The notes beneath the pieces were generated by a model. It worked only from the letters and a program-made list of their open reading frames with translations, had not been told where the DNA came from and did not search any database. From an uncultured Planctomycetales bacterium (GTDB taxonomy: Bacteria; Omnitrophota; Gorgyraeia; Zapsychrales; JAHFFX01): DNA of 64,000 nucleotides. The stretch is taken from the NCBI GenBank assembly GCA_964372915.1, contig CAYJRN010000004.1:55516-119515 (forward strand). The letters are read 5' to 3'. Shown here in pieces: positions 1 through 9,582 of this stretch. The stretch's first letter is position 1. Each line of letters begins with the position of its first letter. Both the position numbers and the translations under genes were made by a program.

Positions 1-423
1 ACCCCGACGATGATTAAACAACTGGCGGCAATTTCCATTCCGGATCCTAAAACGATTATCATTCAGCCATGGGATGTTTCCAGTATTCTTGAGATCGAAA
101 AGGCCATTGCTAATTCCAAACTGGGCGTGTCGCCTTCCAATGATGGAAAGATCGTCCGTTTATCCATCCCCCCATTGTCGAAGGAAAGAAGGCAGGAGTT
201 GACCAAAGTGGTTAAGGACATGGCGGAAAACGGCCGCGTGTCGCTGCGGACCATCCGGCGTGATGCCAATGATAAAATCAAGAAGATACAGGCCGATGGC
301 CATCTTTCGGAAGACGAATGTTTCAAAGCCCAGGACGCCGTTCAGAAGATGATTGACAAGCATATTAAGGAAGTTGATCAAATCCTGGAGTCGAAGAACA
401 AGGAATTGACGGAATTTAACTAA
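1..423 (+). CDS. frr: Ribosome recycling factor, C-terminal 137 aa (5' end outside window)
   Basis: ORF 10..423 translates to the conserved RRF C-terminal region (…VRLSIPPLSKERRQELTKVVKDMAENGRVSLRTIRRDANDKIKK…); the frame is open to the window edge. Confidence 0.85.
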   Translation, partial: TPTMIKQLAAISIPDPKTIIIQPWDVSSILEIEKAIANSKLGVSPSNDGKIVRLSIPPLSKERRQELTKVVKDMAENGRVSLRTIRRDANDKIKKIQADGHLSEDECFKAQDAVQKMIDKHIKEVDQILESKNKELTEFN

Positions 424-440
424 AAGTCTTTGAAATCTAA

Positions 441-513
441 GACCCACTAGCTCATCTGGAAGAGCACTGCCCTTTTAAGGCAGGTGTGCCGCGTTCGAGT
501 CGCGGGTGGGTCA
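441..513 (+). tRNA. tRNA-Lys (anticodon TTT)
   Basis: Cloverleaf folded by hand: acceptor GACCCAC/GTGGGTC, D-stem GCTC/GAGC, anticodon stem CTGCC/GGCAG with loop CTTTTAA, T-arm CCGCG-TTCGAGT-CGCGG, discriminator A; no encoded CCA. Confidence 0.75.
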
Positions 514-755
514 TTCTACTTCGCTCGCACATTTTCATGTGCGAGCTTCGTAGGAACATCATTTTTCGCCAAATGAGCTTTTGTATTTGGCTTCGAAAAG
601 ACAGGTTCTCCTGCAAGGGGGCTTGCCCCTGCGAAGCTCAAGGCGATTCTACTTCGCTCCAGAATTTTCATGTTGGAGCTACGTAGGAATCGTTCCTTCG
701 AAGCTCAAACATAAGACATTTGAGCGAAGAAGAACGAAAGCACTTGAGCGAAGCA
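514..755. repeat. Inter-tRNA spacer with two ~45-bp direct repeat units (each a hairpin) plus short GAGCGAAG repeats
   Basis: attctacttcgctcgcacattttcatgtgcgagcttcgtaggaa (513-556) recurs as attctacttcgctccagaattttcatgttggagctacgtaggaa (~647-690); both contain a 10-bp inverted repeat; gagcgaag occurs three times near the 3' end. Confidence 0.6.
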
Positions 756-839
756 GGGCGGGTGGCGGAATGGTATACGCGCATGCCTTAGGAGCATGTC
801 CCGAAAGGGGTGGAGGTTCAAGTCCTCTCCCGCCCACCA
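756..839 (+). tRNA. tRNA-Leu (anticodon TAG), type II with long variable arm, CCA encoded
   Basis: Acceptor GGGCGGG/CCCGCCC, anticodon stem CATGC/GCATG with loop CTTAGGA, variable-arm hairpin CCCGAAAGGG, T-arm GGAGG-TTCAAGT-CCTCT, then ACCA. Confidence 0.75.
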
Positions 840-875
840 GCGTGATGAAGCTGTAAAAGATTTTTAAGATGAAGT

Positions 876-923
876 GCGGGCGGCACCCAAAGAATTGAAC
901 AAGTGGGTGCTCGCCGCATTTTT
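876..923 (+). terminator. Rho-independent terminator after tRNA-Leu
   Basis: GC-rich hairpin gcgggcggcaccc…gggtgctcgccgc followed by ATTTTTCCC. Confidence 0.55.
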
Positions 924-950
924 CCCTTGGTTAAAATATTGTGGAAAAAT

Positions 951-1024
951 GCGGCGGTAATTCAGTTGGCTAGAATGCTTCCTTGCCAAGGAAGATGTCG
1001 TGGGTTCGAATCCCATCCGCCGCT
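951..1024 (+). tRNA. tRNA-Gly (anticodon GCC)
   Basis: Acceptor GCGGCGG/CCGCCGC, D-stem ATTC/GAAT, anticodon stem CTTCC/GGAAG with loop TTGCCAA, T-arm GTGGG-TTCGAAT-CCCAT, discriminator T; no encoded CCA. Confidence 0.75.
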
Positions 1025-1058
1025 TAAAATTGGTTATCGTTTGGGTACAAAATTTTAA

Positions 1059-1158
1059 CCCCGCCGCATTCTTGCAGAATGCAAGAGGCGGGGTCAATTC
1101 CGGCTCTCACTTACGTCGTAATCTCCGTAAGTGAGGCCGTCATTGAAGGAGGCATTGC
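1059..1158 (+). repeat. Intergenic repeat element E, copy 3 (hairpin cassette ending in GTCATTGAAGGAGG directly before the ptsN start)
   Basis: ccccgccgcattcttgcagaatgcaagaggcgggg hairpin + GGGTCAATTCCGG + ctcacttacg…cgtaagtgag hairpin + gtcattgaaggagg; the same architecture occurs at 31150-31309 and 35691-35878. Confidence 0.65.
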
Positions 1159-1629
1159 ATGAAGATTGGCGATTTTCTTTTGCCGAAGGCGATCACAGCG
1201 GATTTGAAAGGTAACACAAAAGAAGAGGTCATCGAAGAGTTGGTGAAGTTGTTGGTCGCCACCGGCGCGATTGACAAAAAACACAAGGCCAAACTCGTCG
1301 AGATTCTGATGGCCCGTGAAGCGCTGGGTTCCACCGCCATCGGACAGGGAATCGCGATCCCGCACGGCAAATGCGAATACGTCAATAAGCTCATCGCCGG
1401 CCTCGGTATCAGCAGAAGTGGAATCGATTTCGATTCTCTAGATGGAGAACCGGCGCACATATTTTTCTTATTGGTCGCTCCCGCCGATTCCGCGGGGCCC
1501 CACCTCAAAGCCCTGGCCAGAATTTCACGTTTGTTGAAAGACAAATACTTCCGAGAACATCTTAAGAACGTCAAAGACGAAAAAATGATCCTGGAACTTA
1601 TTTCCCAGGAAGATGATCGGGTCCTTTAA
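1159..1629 (+). CDS. ptsN: PTS IIA-like nitrogen-regulatory protein PtsN (EIIA-Ntr)
   Basis: 156 aa; fructose/mannitol-type EIIA fold with the phosphorylatable His region (IAIPHGK); clustered with ptsH/ptsI. Confidence 0.75.
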   Translation: MKIGDFLLPKAITADLKGNTKEEVIEELVKLLVATGAIDKKHKAKLVEILMAREALGSTAIGQGIAIPHGKCEYVNKLIAGLGISRSGIDFDSLDGEPAHIFFLLVAPADSAGPHLKALARISRLLKDKYFREHLKNVKDEKMILELISQEDDRVL

Positions 1630-1643
1630 AACCCTACAGTCTC

Positions 1644-2882
1644 ATGTCCCAAAATTTCCTTAAGTGGTTTTATCCCCGTTTAAAGATCAAGCGGTGGTTT
1701 CTTACCTCTCTGCTGGGAATCCTGATCGTCTGGTTGGGGGCGATCTTCACGACCAAACCCTATTCGATTGTCAATGCCTTTGGGTTTGTCGTTATCTTTG
1801 TAGGCATTGCTTTTATTGTCTGGGGAATTTCCGAAACCATCATTTCGATCTTAAGTCTGTTTCTTCCCGGCGGCGTCCAGGAGCTCGTCAACATCCTCTA
1901 TCAGAGGCGTTACTTGGAGCGAGGGCCTAAAGTGGTCGCGATTGGAGGAGGCCACGGCCTTTCGAATCTTTTATTAGGATTAAAGGGATATACCTCGAAT
2001 TTGACGGCCATCGTCACGGTCGCCGACAGCGGCGGTTCTTCCGGACGCTTGAGAGAAGAGTTCAACATTGTCGCCCCGGGAGATATCCGTAACTGCCTGG
2101 TCGCTTTGGCCGATGCGCCGGCTTTGATGGGCAATCTCTTTCAATTTAGATTTTCCAAAGATTCCCAGCTGCAAGGCCACAATCTAGGGAATCTTTTCCT
2201 GACGGCGATGGTTCAATTGATGGACGGGGATTTTGAAAAAGCGGTGAAGGAATGCAGCAAGGTTTTGGCCATTCGCGGGAAGGTCGTTCCGGCGACGGTC
2301 AGCAACATCCATTTGGTGGCGGAATATATGGACGGTAGCCGCACCCAAGGAGAGGCCAGAATTCCTAAAAGCGGAGCCAAGATTAAACGTCTGACTTTAA
2401 CCGACAATGCCAACCCAACAGAAGATGCCCTGGAGGCCATCCGTCAGGCGGAAATTATTGTTTTGGGACCGGGAAGTCTATACACAAGCGTCATTCCCAA
2501 TCTTATCATCAAGGGAATGGCCGAGGCGATCGCCGGGTCTCGGGCCTATAAGCTTTATGTATGCAATGTGATGACCCAGCGCGGCGAGACGGAAGGGTAT
2601 TCGGCCGCCGATCACATCCAAGCCATTCTTGATCATGCCAATGGAGGGGTTATGAACGCCTGCATCGTCAATAACGCCGTTGTCCCAAAGAATGCGCTCA
2701 GCCGTTATGAAGCCGAAGACTCTTATCCGGTTAAACCCGACACGGAAAAGATTCACGACATGGGATATGAAGTGGTCGCCACGGATCTTTTGACCGTCAA
2801 CGATTACGTCCGTCACGATTCGAGAAAATTAACCAAAGCCTTGATCAATCTCATTGAAAAGCATCGTGTGATCAAACGTTAA
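1644..2882 (+). CDS. YvcK/CofD-like gluconeogenesis factor family protein (UPF0052) with an N-terminal 2-TM extension
   Basis: Core VVAIGGGHGLSNLLLGLK…TVADSGGSSGRLR typical of the YvcK/CofD family; the N-terminal ~90 aa are hydrophobic. Confidence 0.7.
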   Translation: MSQNFLKWFYPRLKIKRWFLTSLLGILIVWLGAIFTTKPYSIVNAFGFVVIFVGIAFIVWGISETIISILSLFLPGGVQELVNILYQRRYLERGPKVVAIGGGHGLSNLLLGLKGYTSNLTAIVTVADSGGSSGRLREEFNIVAPGDIRNCLVALADAPALMGNLFQFRFSKDSQLQGHNLGNLFLTAMVQLMDGDFEKAVKECSKVLAIRGKVVPATVSNIHLVAEYMDGSRTQGEARIPKSGAKIKRLTLTDNANPTEDALEAIRQAEIIVLGPGSLYTSVIPNLIIKGMAEAIAGSRAYKLYVCNVMTQRGETEGYSAADHIQAILDHANGGVMNACIVNNAVVPKNALSRYEAEDSYPVKPDTEKIHDMGYEVVATDLLTVNDYVRHDSRKLTKALINLIEKHRVIKR

Positions 2883-2892
2883 CAAGAGCACG

Positions 2893-3022
2893 GTGTAACA
2901 ACCCTGAGTCCCTCGACTTCGCTCGGGATGGTGAGCTTGTCGAACCACAAGTCCCGGACTTCCCCGGCCCGCCAGAGGCGACAGCCGGGACGGGCAGTCC
3001 GGGGTGTGTCGAAGGGTTGACC
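2893..3022. repeat. GC-rich intergenic repeat element A (related to copy B at 8337-8472)
   Basis: Shares GTGTAAC…TCGACT(T)CGCTC…CTGAGCTTGTCGAA…AGTCCGGGGTG(T/C)GTCGAAGGGTTGAC with 8367-8472; both copies encode the same spurious antisense peptide VNPSTHPGL. Confidence 0.65.
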
Positions 3023-3042
3023 GTAATCCATGGACCCCAAGG

Positions 3043-3306
3043 ATGCCCAAGATCGAAAAAGAGATGACAATTATGAATGGCCAGGGACTTCATGCCCGTC
3101 CGGCGGCGATGTTCGTTCAGATCGCGGTCAAATACGATTCCAAGATTACCGTTAAGAAAGGCGAGGAAGCGGTTAACGGCAAATCCATTATGGGGATTCT
3201 GATGCTGGGGGCACAGCATCTAAATAAGGTGACGCTGACTATCGAAGGCGATGATGCCGAGGCGGCCTTGAAGGAACTTGAGGAGTTTTTAGGAAAAGAT
3301 GGATGA
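3043..3306 (+). CDS. ptsH: Phosphocarrier protein HPr
   Basis: [11 protein letters not shown] active-site His motif with HPr length and fold signature; start ambiguous between ATG 3043 and ATG 3064 (3043 gives an N-terminal length closer to known HPr). Confidence 0.8.
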   Translation: MPKIEKEMTIMNGQGLHARPAAMFVQIAVKYDSKITVKKGEEAVNGKSIMGILMLGAQHLNKVTLTIEGDDAEAALKELEEFLGKDG

Positions 3307-5071
3307 AGATGAAGTTGTCTTAAAAGGGATTCCGGCGGCACCGGGCATTGCGAGCGGTTCAGCGTTTATCCTCGACAAGCAGGACTTTATTGTCCCGGTC
3401 CGGGCGGTGATGAAACAGGAAGTCCCCATTGAAATTGCGCGCTTTGAGGAGGCCCTCATTAAGACCCGCGAGGAAATTCTGGCTATCCAGAAAAAAATCA
3501 GCGAGGCGATGGACGGCCAGCATGCGAAAATTTTTGATGCGCATCTGCTTGTGCTCGAGGATCGTATGCTCATTGAAGAGGTCATTAAGGATATCAAAAA
3601 GGAAAAACTTTCCGCCGAGTACATCTTCTCCAAGGTTTTGAAGAAATATACCAAGGCGATGTCTAAAATTGAGGATGAGTACCTGCGCGAGCGCACCGGC
3701 GATGTGAATGATATCGGGCGCCGAATCCTCAAGAATCTCATGGAGGAGAGCAAGCTCCAGGAGTTCGAAGATCTCACGGAAAAGATCATCATTGTGGCGC
3801 ATGACCTTTCTCCCTCGGACACAATCACCATGTACCATAAAAATATCATAGCGTTTGTGACTGACATCGGCGGCAGAACCTCTCACACGGCGATCATGGC
3901 GAAATCTTTGGGGGTGCCGGCGGTCGTGGGGTTAAAAGATTCCACGCTTAAGATCAACAATCAGGATCATATTATCGTGGACGGCCGTATGGGGCTGGTT
4001 ATTGTCAATCCCACCTCAACAACGGAGGGGATCTACCGCAACGAACAGAATCGCATTGTGGCCCTCAAGGACCGTTTCGCCGACATCAAAGATCTTCCGG
4101 CTCAAACCATCGACGGCAAAAAAGTTTCCATCCTGGCGAATATTGAATTGCCGGAGGAAATCCCGATGGTCAAAAAATACGGCGCCTCCGGGATCGGTCT
4201 TTACCGCACCGAATACATGTATATGAATCGGGTGGATCTTCCTCTGGAAGAAGAGCAGTTCAAAGCCTATCAGCAGGTGGCTAAGGCCATGGCCCCTTAC
4301 CCGGTCACGATCCGCAGCCTTGATCTGGGCGGCGATAAGTTTGTTTCCAGCTTGCAGATCCCTCGGGATATGTCTCCGTTCTTAGGCTGGCGGGCGATCA
4401 GGTTCTGCTTGGAACGCCCCGATATTTTTAAGGCCCAACTGCGAGCGATTCTTAGAGCGTCCATGTATGGGAAATTGCGCCTGATGTACCCGATGATCTC
4501 GGGGGCCGGGGAACTGCGTCAGGCAAACGCTATCCTGGAAGAAGTCAAAGTCAATTTGAGGGAAGAAAAAATCCCGTTTGATGAACAAATGCCGGTAGGT
4601 GTCATGATCGAAGTTCCTTCAGCGGCGTTAACCGCCGATCTTCTGGCGCGGGAAGCAAAGTTTTTTAGTATCGGCACCAATGACCTTATCCAATACACGC
4701 TGGCCGTCGAGCGCATCAATGAAAAGACCGCGGACCTTTATGAGCCGGGACATCCGGCAGTTTTGAAACTCATCAAGGCGTCCATCGACGCCGGTCACAA
4801 AGAGAATATCAGCGTGGGGCTTTGCGGAGAAATGTCGAGTGAGCCTTCGCTCGCTTTGCTTTTGTTGGGGTTGGGGTTGGATGAATTCAGCATGTCTCCG
4901 GGAAGTATTTTGCAGATCAAGAAACTCATCAGGAGTGTCCGTTTCACGGATGCCCAGAAGCTGGCCAACAAGGCCCTGACTATGTCGACGGGACAGGAAG
5001 TAGAGGAGATCGCCGTCGCCCGCCTGAAGGAGCTTGCCCCGAACATTTTTACGACCGAGAGGGAAGACTGA
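3299..5071 (+). CDS. ptsI: Phosphoenolpyruvate-protein phosphotransferase (PTS Enzyme I)
   Basis: 590 aa; [21 protein letters not shown] phospho-His region and the C-terminal PEP-utilising domain (…LDLGGDK…GTNDLIQY…). Confidence 0.9.
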   Translation: MDEDEVVLKGIPAAPGIASGSAFILDKQDFIVPVRAVMKQEVPIEIARFEEALIKTREEILAIQKKISEAMDGQHAKIFDAHLLVLEDRMLIEEVIKDIKKEKLSAEYIFSKVLKKYTKAMSKIEDEYLRERTGDVNDIGRRILKNLMEESKLQEFEDLTEKIIIVAHDLSPSDTITMYHKNIIAFVTDIGGRTSHTAIMAKSLGVPAVVGLKDSTLKINNQDHIIVDGRMGLVIVNPTSTTEGIYRNEQNRIVALKDRFADIKDLPAQTIDGKKVSILANIELPEEIPMVKKYGASGIGLYRTEYMYMNRVDLPLEEEQFKAYQQVAKAMAPYPVTIRSLDLGGDKFVSSLQIPRDMSPFLGWRAIRFCLERPDIFKAQLRAILRASMYGKLRLMYPMISGAGELRQANAILEEVKVNLREEKIPFDEQMPVGVMIEVPSAALTADLLAREAKFFSIGTNDLIQYTLAVERINEKTADLYEPGHPAVLKLIKASIDAGHKENISVGLCGEMSSEPSLALLLLGLGLDEFSMSPGSILQIKKLIRSVRFTDAQKLANKALTMSTGQEVEEIAVARLKELAPNIFTTERED

Positions 5072-5075
5072 CGCC

Positions 5076-5813
5076 ATGAAGGTCTTGATTCTTGCCGCCG
5101 GCTATGGCACGCGACTTGAGGTCATCGCCAAGGATATCCCGAAGCCATTGTTGTCCATCAAGGATCGGCCGCTCATCGATTATATCGCGGACAAATTCCG
5201 CAATCTTTCCGGAATCTCTCAGATTCTCGTTGTGACCAATAACAAATTTTTTCATGCCTTTGAATCGTGGGCCGAGAAACAAAAGGATTTTTCTCAAAAA
5301 CCGAAAGTCATCAATGATGGTTCCAAGTCTCCGGATGAGCGTCTGGGATCCATGGGCGACATCAACTTTGTTATTCAAAAGGAAAAAATCTCGGAGGACC
5401 TCTTGGTTGTTGGGGGTGACAATTTGTTCGATGCCGGCCTTGAGGATTTTATCCGCCGGGCTAAGGAAAATTCTCCTCATGTGACGATCGGCCTGTATGA
5501 TATCAAAGAGAAAGAAAAGGCGAAAATCTTTGGCGTTGTCGGTCTGGATGAAAAGGGAAAAGTGATTTCCTTCGAGGAAAAACCTTCGCAACCCAAATCC
5601 ACGCTCATCGGGATGTGCCTGTATTATTATCCAAAGGAATCGCTTGGGCTTGTGGATCGCTACCTCAAGGAATCCAAGAAATCGGATACGGCCGGCGATT
5701 ATATCAACTGGTTGTACCAAAAAGAAAGTGTTTATGGTTTTAAATTTTCGGGGAAATGGTATGATATCGGGAGCGTTGAATCCTATTATGAGGCGTCGGG
5801 GAACTTTAAATGA
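5076..5813 (+). CDS. Sugar-phosphate nucleotidyltransferase (NDP-sugar pyrophosphorylase family)
   Basis: MKVLILAAGYGTRL…KPLL… N-terminal nucleotidyltransferase signature; RBS GAGAGGGAAG upstream; substrate unknown. Confidence 0.65.
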   Translation: MKVLILAAGYGTRLEVIAKDIPKPLLSIKDRPLIDYIADKFRNLSGISQILVVTNNKFFHAFESWAEKQKDFSQKPKVINDGSKSPDERLGSMGDINFVIQKEKISEDLLVVGGDNLFDAGLEDFIRRAKENSPHVTIGLYDIKEKEKAKIFGVVGLDEKGKVISFEEKPSQPKSTLIGMCLYYYPKESLGLVDRYLKESKKSDTAGDYINWLYQKESVYGFKFSGKWYDIGSVESYYEASGNFK

Positions 5814-5851
5814 CCCCGTAGACCTATATTCAGAAAGGAAGGAAATCTAAA

Positions 5852-7000
5852 GTGAAAGAGAAATATTTTATTACTTCAGAATCCGTCGGTAACGGTCATC
5901 CGGATAAAGTGTGCGATCAAATTTCTGATGCGGTGTTGGATTGCGTCCTCAAGGACGATCCCAAAGGGCGCGTGGCCTGCGAAACATTTGTCACCGCGGG
6001 GCTCGTCATCGTCGGGGGCGAGATCACGACCAAGACATTCGTCGATGTGCACAAATTGGTTCGCCGGGTGCTCACCGAAATTGGTTACACGCATAGTAAA
6101 TACGGATTCAATTCCGAAACTTGCGCTATCCTCAATGCCATCAACGGTCAGTCGCCGGACATTGCGCAAGGCGTGGACACGGGCGGTGCCGGGGACCAGG
6201 GCATCATGATCGGCTATGCCTGCGATGAGACGCCGGAGCTTATGCCTTTGCCCATCATGCTCGCGCACCGTTTGGTCAAGCGCGTGGAAGACGTGCGAAG
6301 CAAGATTCTCCCTTACCTGGGGCCGGATTGCAAGAGCCAAGTGACCGTCGAATACAAAGACGGAGTGCCGCAAAGAGTTGATACGGTCGTTCTGGCCTGT
6401 CAGCATACGGAAGAAATTCTCGATAAGACCGGTAAAAAGATTACCGATCAAGCCCGTGAGGAAATGATCAATGAGGTTGCCAAGCCGATCGTCGGAAAAA
6501 TGGCAGATAAGGGTACCAAATATTACGTCAATCAAACCGGAAAATTCATTGTCGGCGGTCCGCAGTCGGACACGGGAATGACGGGACGCAAGATCGTCGT
6601 GGATACCTACGGAGGTGTCGTTTCCCACGGCGGCGGGGCTTTTTCCGGCAAGGATCCGACCAAGGTGGACCGTTCCGCAACCTATATGGCCCGTTATCTG
6701 GCCAAGAATATCGTCGCGGCCAAGCTCGCCAAGAAATGCTGGATTCAATTCGGCTATTGTATCGGCAAGGCCGAACCGGTGAGCGTCATGATCGACACCT
6801 ATGGGACGGGAAAAATTTCTGATCAGAAGTTGGTTGAGTTGACGCGTAAGCACTTTGATCTCACCCCCAAGGGTATTATTGAGACACTCAAGCTTTTGGT
6901 GCCGATTTACCAAAAAACAGCCGCCTACGGTCATTTCGGTCGTGAGGAATTTTCCTGGGAAAAGACCGATAAGGTCAATCTCTTCAAGAAGAATGCGTAA
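5852..7000 (+). CDS. metK: S-adenosylmethionine synthetase
   Basis: GTG start; …[22 protein letters not shown]… and [17 protein letters not shown] motifs. Confidence 0.9.
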   Translation: MKEKYFITSESVGNGHPDKVCDQISDAVLDCVLKDDPKGRVACETFVTAGLVIVGGEITTKTFVDVHKLVRRVLTEIGYTHSKYGFNSETCAILNAINGQSPDIAQGVDTGGAGDQGIMIGYACDETPELMPLPIMLAHRLVKRVEDVRSKILPYLGPDCKSQVTVEYKDGVPQRVDTVVLACQHTEEILDKTGKKITDQAREEMINEVAKPIVGKMADKGTKYYVNQTGKFIVGGPQSDTGMTGRKIVVDTYGGVVSHGGGAFSGKDPTKVDRSATYMARYLAKNIVAAKLAKKCWIQFGYCIGKAEPVSVMIDTYGTGKISDQKLVELTRKHFDLTPKGIIETLKLLVPIYQKTAAYGHFGREEFSWEKTDKVNLFKKNA

Positions 7001-7004
7001 AAAT

Positions 7005-8261
7005 ATGAAGTATGATATTAAGAATCGTTCGCTGGCCAAGAAAGGGAAACTCCGTATTGAATGGGCCGGGCGGGATATGCCGGTCCTCAAGCTCATTGAA
7101 AAAAGATTTAAGCAAGAAAAGCCTTTGAAGGGTTTAAAGGTGAGTTGCTGTTTGCACGTGACCACAGAAACAGGCAATCTCGCGCGTGTTCTAAAGGCCG
7201 GCGGGGCGCAAGTGGCTGTTTGCGCTTCCAATCCGTTATCCACTCAGGATGATGTGGCGGCGTCTCTGGTCGAGGATTATGGCATTCCGGTTTTTGCCAT
7301 CAAAGGGGAAGATAGGGATACCTATTACAACCATTTGAATGCCGCGCTTGATATCAAACCGAATCTCACCATGGATGACGGCGCGGATCTGGTGTCGGTC
7401 GTGCATCAAAAACGAAGGAATCTCGCCCAGAATATTTTTGCGGGAACGGAAGAAACGACCACGGGCGTCATCCGCCTGAAAAGCCTTGAACAGCAGAATC
7501 TCTTGCTGTACCCCATCATTGCCGTCAACGACGCCATGACGAAACATTTTTTTGACAACCGTTACGGCACGGGCCAGTCGACGCTCGATGGGATCATCCG
7601 CGCCACCAACCGTTTGATCGCCGGCGCCAATTTTGTCGTGAGCGGTTACGGCTGGTGCGGTCGAGGCGTGGCGAGTCGGGCTGCCGGGATGGGGGCAAGC
7701 GTCATCATCACGGAGGTGAATCCTTTACGCGCCCTTGAGGCCATCATGGATGGCTATCGGGTGATGCCGATTAAGCAAGCCGCCCGGGTGGGCGACATTT
7801 TTGTGACCGTGACCGGCGATATCAACGTCATCCGCGCCGAGCACATGGTTTTAATGAGAGACGGCGCTATCCTTGCTAATTCCGGGCACTTCGACGCGGA
7901 ATTGGATTTAAAAGGCCTTACCAAAATCACCAAGGCCAAACGCCTGATCCGTGATTTTGTCGAGGAGCATAAGCTGACCAACGGCCGTAATATTTATATT
8001 CTAGGGGAAGGTCGTTTGATCAATCTCGCTTCTGCCGAAGGGCACCCAGCTTCCGTCATGGACATGAGCTTTGCCAATCAGGCGCTCTCTGCCGAATACG
8101 TGGCTAAAAACCACACAACGTTACAGAAGAAAGTCTACGGCGTTCCCGAGGCCATCGATCGGATGATTGCCAAGTTGAAACTTGAGAGCCTAGGTGTTAA
8201 AATTGATACCCTAACACCCGAGCAAAAAAAATACCTGTCTAGCTGGGAAATGGGAACTTAA
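7005..8261 (+). CDS. ahcY: Adenosylhomocysteinase (S-adenosyl-L-homocysteine hydrolase)
   Basis: ~418 aa from ATG 7005; NAD-binding [13 protein letters not shown] and conserved AdoHcyase blocks; the ORF-track frame extends upstream, but the conserved N-terminus begins [14 protein letters not shown]. Confidence 0.88.
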   Translation: MKYDIKNRSLAKKGKLRIEWAGRDMPVLKLIEKRFKQEKPLKGLKVSCCLHVTTETGNLARVLKAGGAQVAVCASNPLSTQDDVAASLVEDYGIPVFAIKGEDRDTYYNHLNAALDIKPNLTMDDGADLVSVVHQKRRNLAQNIFAGTEETTTGVIRLKSLEQQNLLLYPIIAVNDAMTKHFFDNRYGTGQSTLDGIIRATNRLIAGANFVVSGYGWCGRGVASRAAGMGASVIITEVNPLRALEAIMDGYRVMPIKQAARVGDIFVTVTGDINVIRAEHMVLMRDGAILANSGHFDAELDLKGLTKITKAKRLIRDFVEEHKLTNGRNIYILGEGRLINLASAEGHPASVMDMSFANQALSAEYVAKNHTTLQKKVYGVPEAIDRMIAKLKLESLGVKIDTLTPEQKKYLSSWEMGT

Positions 8262-8290
8262 GACGTTTGCAAGTTATTGAGAAGAACCCA

Positions 8291-8323
8291 AGGCTACAGG
8301 TGGCGGACGGCTGCTTGTAGCCT
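8291..8323 (+). terminator. Hairpin after ahcY (putative terminator, no T-run)
   Basis: aggctaca…tgtagcct 8-bp stem 30 nt after the ahcY stop. Confidence 0.3.
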
Positions 8324-8336
8324 TAATCCTTGTTGC

Positions 8337-8472
8337 CACTGCGCGGCCCGCTTGGCGGGCCGCGCAGTGTAACCCATTCGACTCGCTCCGCTCGCTCATG
8401 GCCCTGAGCTTGTCGAAGGGCAACCCTGAGCAAGCCCCGGACTGAAGTCCGGGGTGCGTCGAAGGGTTGACG
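8337..8472. repeat. GC-rich intergenic repeat element B (15-bp perfect palindrome + element A-like core)
   Basis: cactgcgcggcccgc-ttgg-cgggccgcgcagtg followed by gtgtaac…cgactcgctc…ctgagcttgtcgaaggg…agtccggggtgcgtcgaagggttgac. Confidence 0.65.
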
Positions 8473-8500
8473 TTTGTATCATGAACCACGGGAGTGAATC

Positions 8501-9517
8501 ATGCCAAAAATCTATTATGACAAAGACGCGGATTTGAATTTTATCAAAGATAAAAGGATCGCGATTATTGGCTACGGGATCCAAGGCCGGGGACACGCGC
8601 TCAATTTACGCGACAGCGGCCTCAAGGTTGTTGTCGGGCAACGCTCCCCGCAAGAAGCCGCGGGGCAGGCCGGAGGGTCTAATTATGAACAGGCGAAGAA
8701 AGACGGTTTTACGCCGATGGAAGCGACCGAGGCCGCCAAGAGTGCGGATATCATTGTGATCCTTACCCAGGATCACCTGCAGGGGGAAGTGTACAAGAAA
8801 TCCATCAAAAAGAATTTGAAGAAGGGCAAGTCGCTCGTTTTCTCTCACGGTTTTAATATCCATTTCAAACAGATCGTTCCCCAAAGGGATGTGGATGTGT
8901 TCATGATCGCTCCGAAAGGGCCGGGCTCACTGGTGCGCCGGCAGTATGAAGAGGGCAAAGGCGTCCCTTGTTTGGTGGCCATTCATCAGGACCCCTCGGG
9001 GCAGGCGCTTAAAACCGCGCTCGCTTATGCCAAAGGGATCGGGGGGGCTCGCGCCGGGGTCATCGAAACGACGTTCAAAGAAGAAACCGAGACCGATCTT
9101 TTCGGCGAACAGTCCGTCCTGTGCGGCGGCACCTCCGAACTGGTGAAGGCGGGCTTTGAAACGCTGGTGGCCGCCGGCTATCAGCCGGAGATTGCTTACT
9201 TTGAGTGTTTGCATGAGCTTAAACTCATCGTCGATCTTATTTATGAAGGCGGTTTGACGGGCATGCGCAGGCGCGTCTCCGACACGGCCGAGTACGGCGA
9301 TTACACAAGGGGGCCCCGCGTCATCAATCAAAGGACCCGCAAAGAAATGCAGAAGATCCTCAAGGAAATTCAATCGGGAAAATTTGCCCGCGAATGGATG
9401 AGGGAAAACAAAAAGGGCCGTCCCAATTTTAACGAATTCCGCAAGCGCGACGAGAATCATCCGGTGGAAGCGGTGGGGCGCGAGCTACGGGATATGATGC
9501 CCTGGATGAAGAAATAG
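8501..9517 (+). CDS. ilvC: Ketol-acid reductoisomerase
   Basis: 338 aa; [21 protein letters not shown] Rossmann motif and KARI C-terminal domain. Confidence 0.9.
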   Translation: MPKIYYDKDADLNFIKDKRIAIIGYGIQGRGHALNLRDSGLKVVVGQRSPQEAAGQAGGSNYEQAKKDGFTPMEATEAAKSADIIVILTQDHLQGEVYKKSIKKNLKKGKSLVFSHGFNIHFKQIVPQRDVDVFMIAPKGPGSLVRRQYEEGKGVPCLVAIHQDPSGQALKTALAYAKGIGGARAGVIETTFKEETETDLFGEQSVLCGGTSELVKAGFETLVAAGYQPEIAYFECLHELKLIVDLIYEGGLTGMRRRVSDTAEYGDYTRGPRVINQRTRKEMQKILKEIQSGKFAREWMRENKKGRPNFNEFRKRDENHPVEAVGRELRDMMPWMKK

Positions 9518-9582
9518 ATCCCTCGGCCGAGCGAGTTTATATGGAATCTAAGGGGCCTCGGGATAAATTCGACTAACAACTT

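Noticed and set aside
514-755. Possible CRISPR array (direct repeats)
   Set aside because: Only two ~45-bp units with irregular spacing and different internal sequence; there are no cas genes and no regular repeat-spacer periodicity.
486-856. Plus-strand ORFs 486..686 and 581..856
   Set aside because: They overlap hand-folded tRNA-Lys and tRNA-Leu and the repeat spacer, and their translations are repeat-derived low complexity.
2872-3219. Minus-strand ORFs 2872..3219, 2829..3050 and 8274..8489 sharing the peptide VNPSTHPGL
   Set aside because: The shared peptide is encoded by the conserved repeat A/B core (GTCGAAGGGTTGAC antisense), so the similarity reflects repeated DNA, not a protein family. 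They also overlap ptsH.
5876-7243. 455-aa ORF on the minus strand
   Set aside because: Lies entirely antisense to metK/ahcY, whose products match well-known families. Its low-complexity Arg/Leu-rich translation is typical of an antisense frame of a GC3-biased gene, and it has no RBS or motif.
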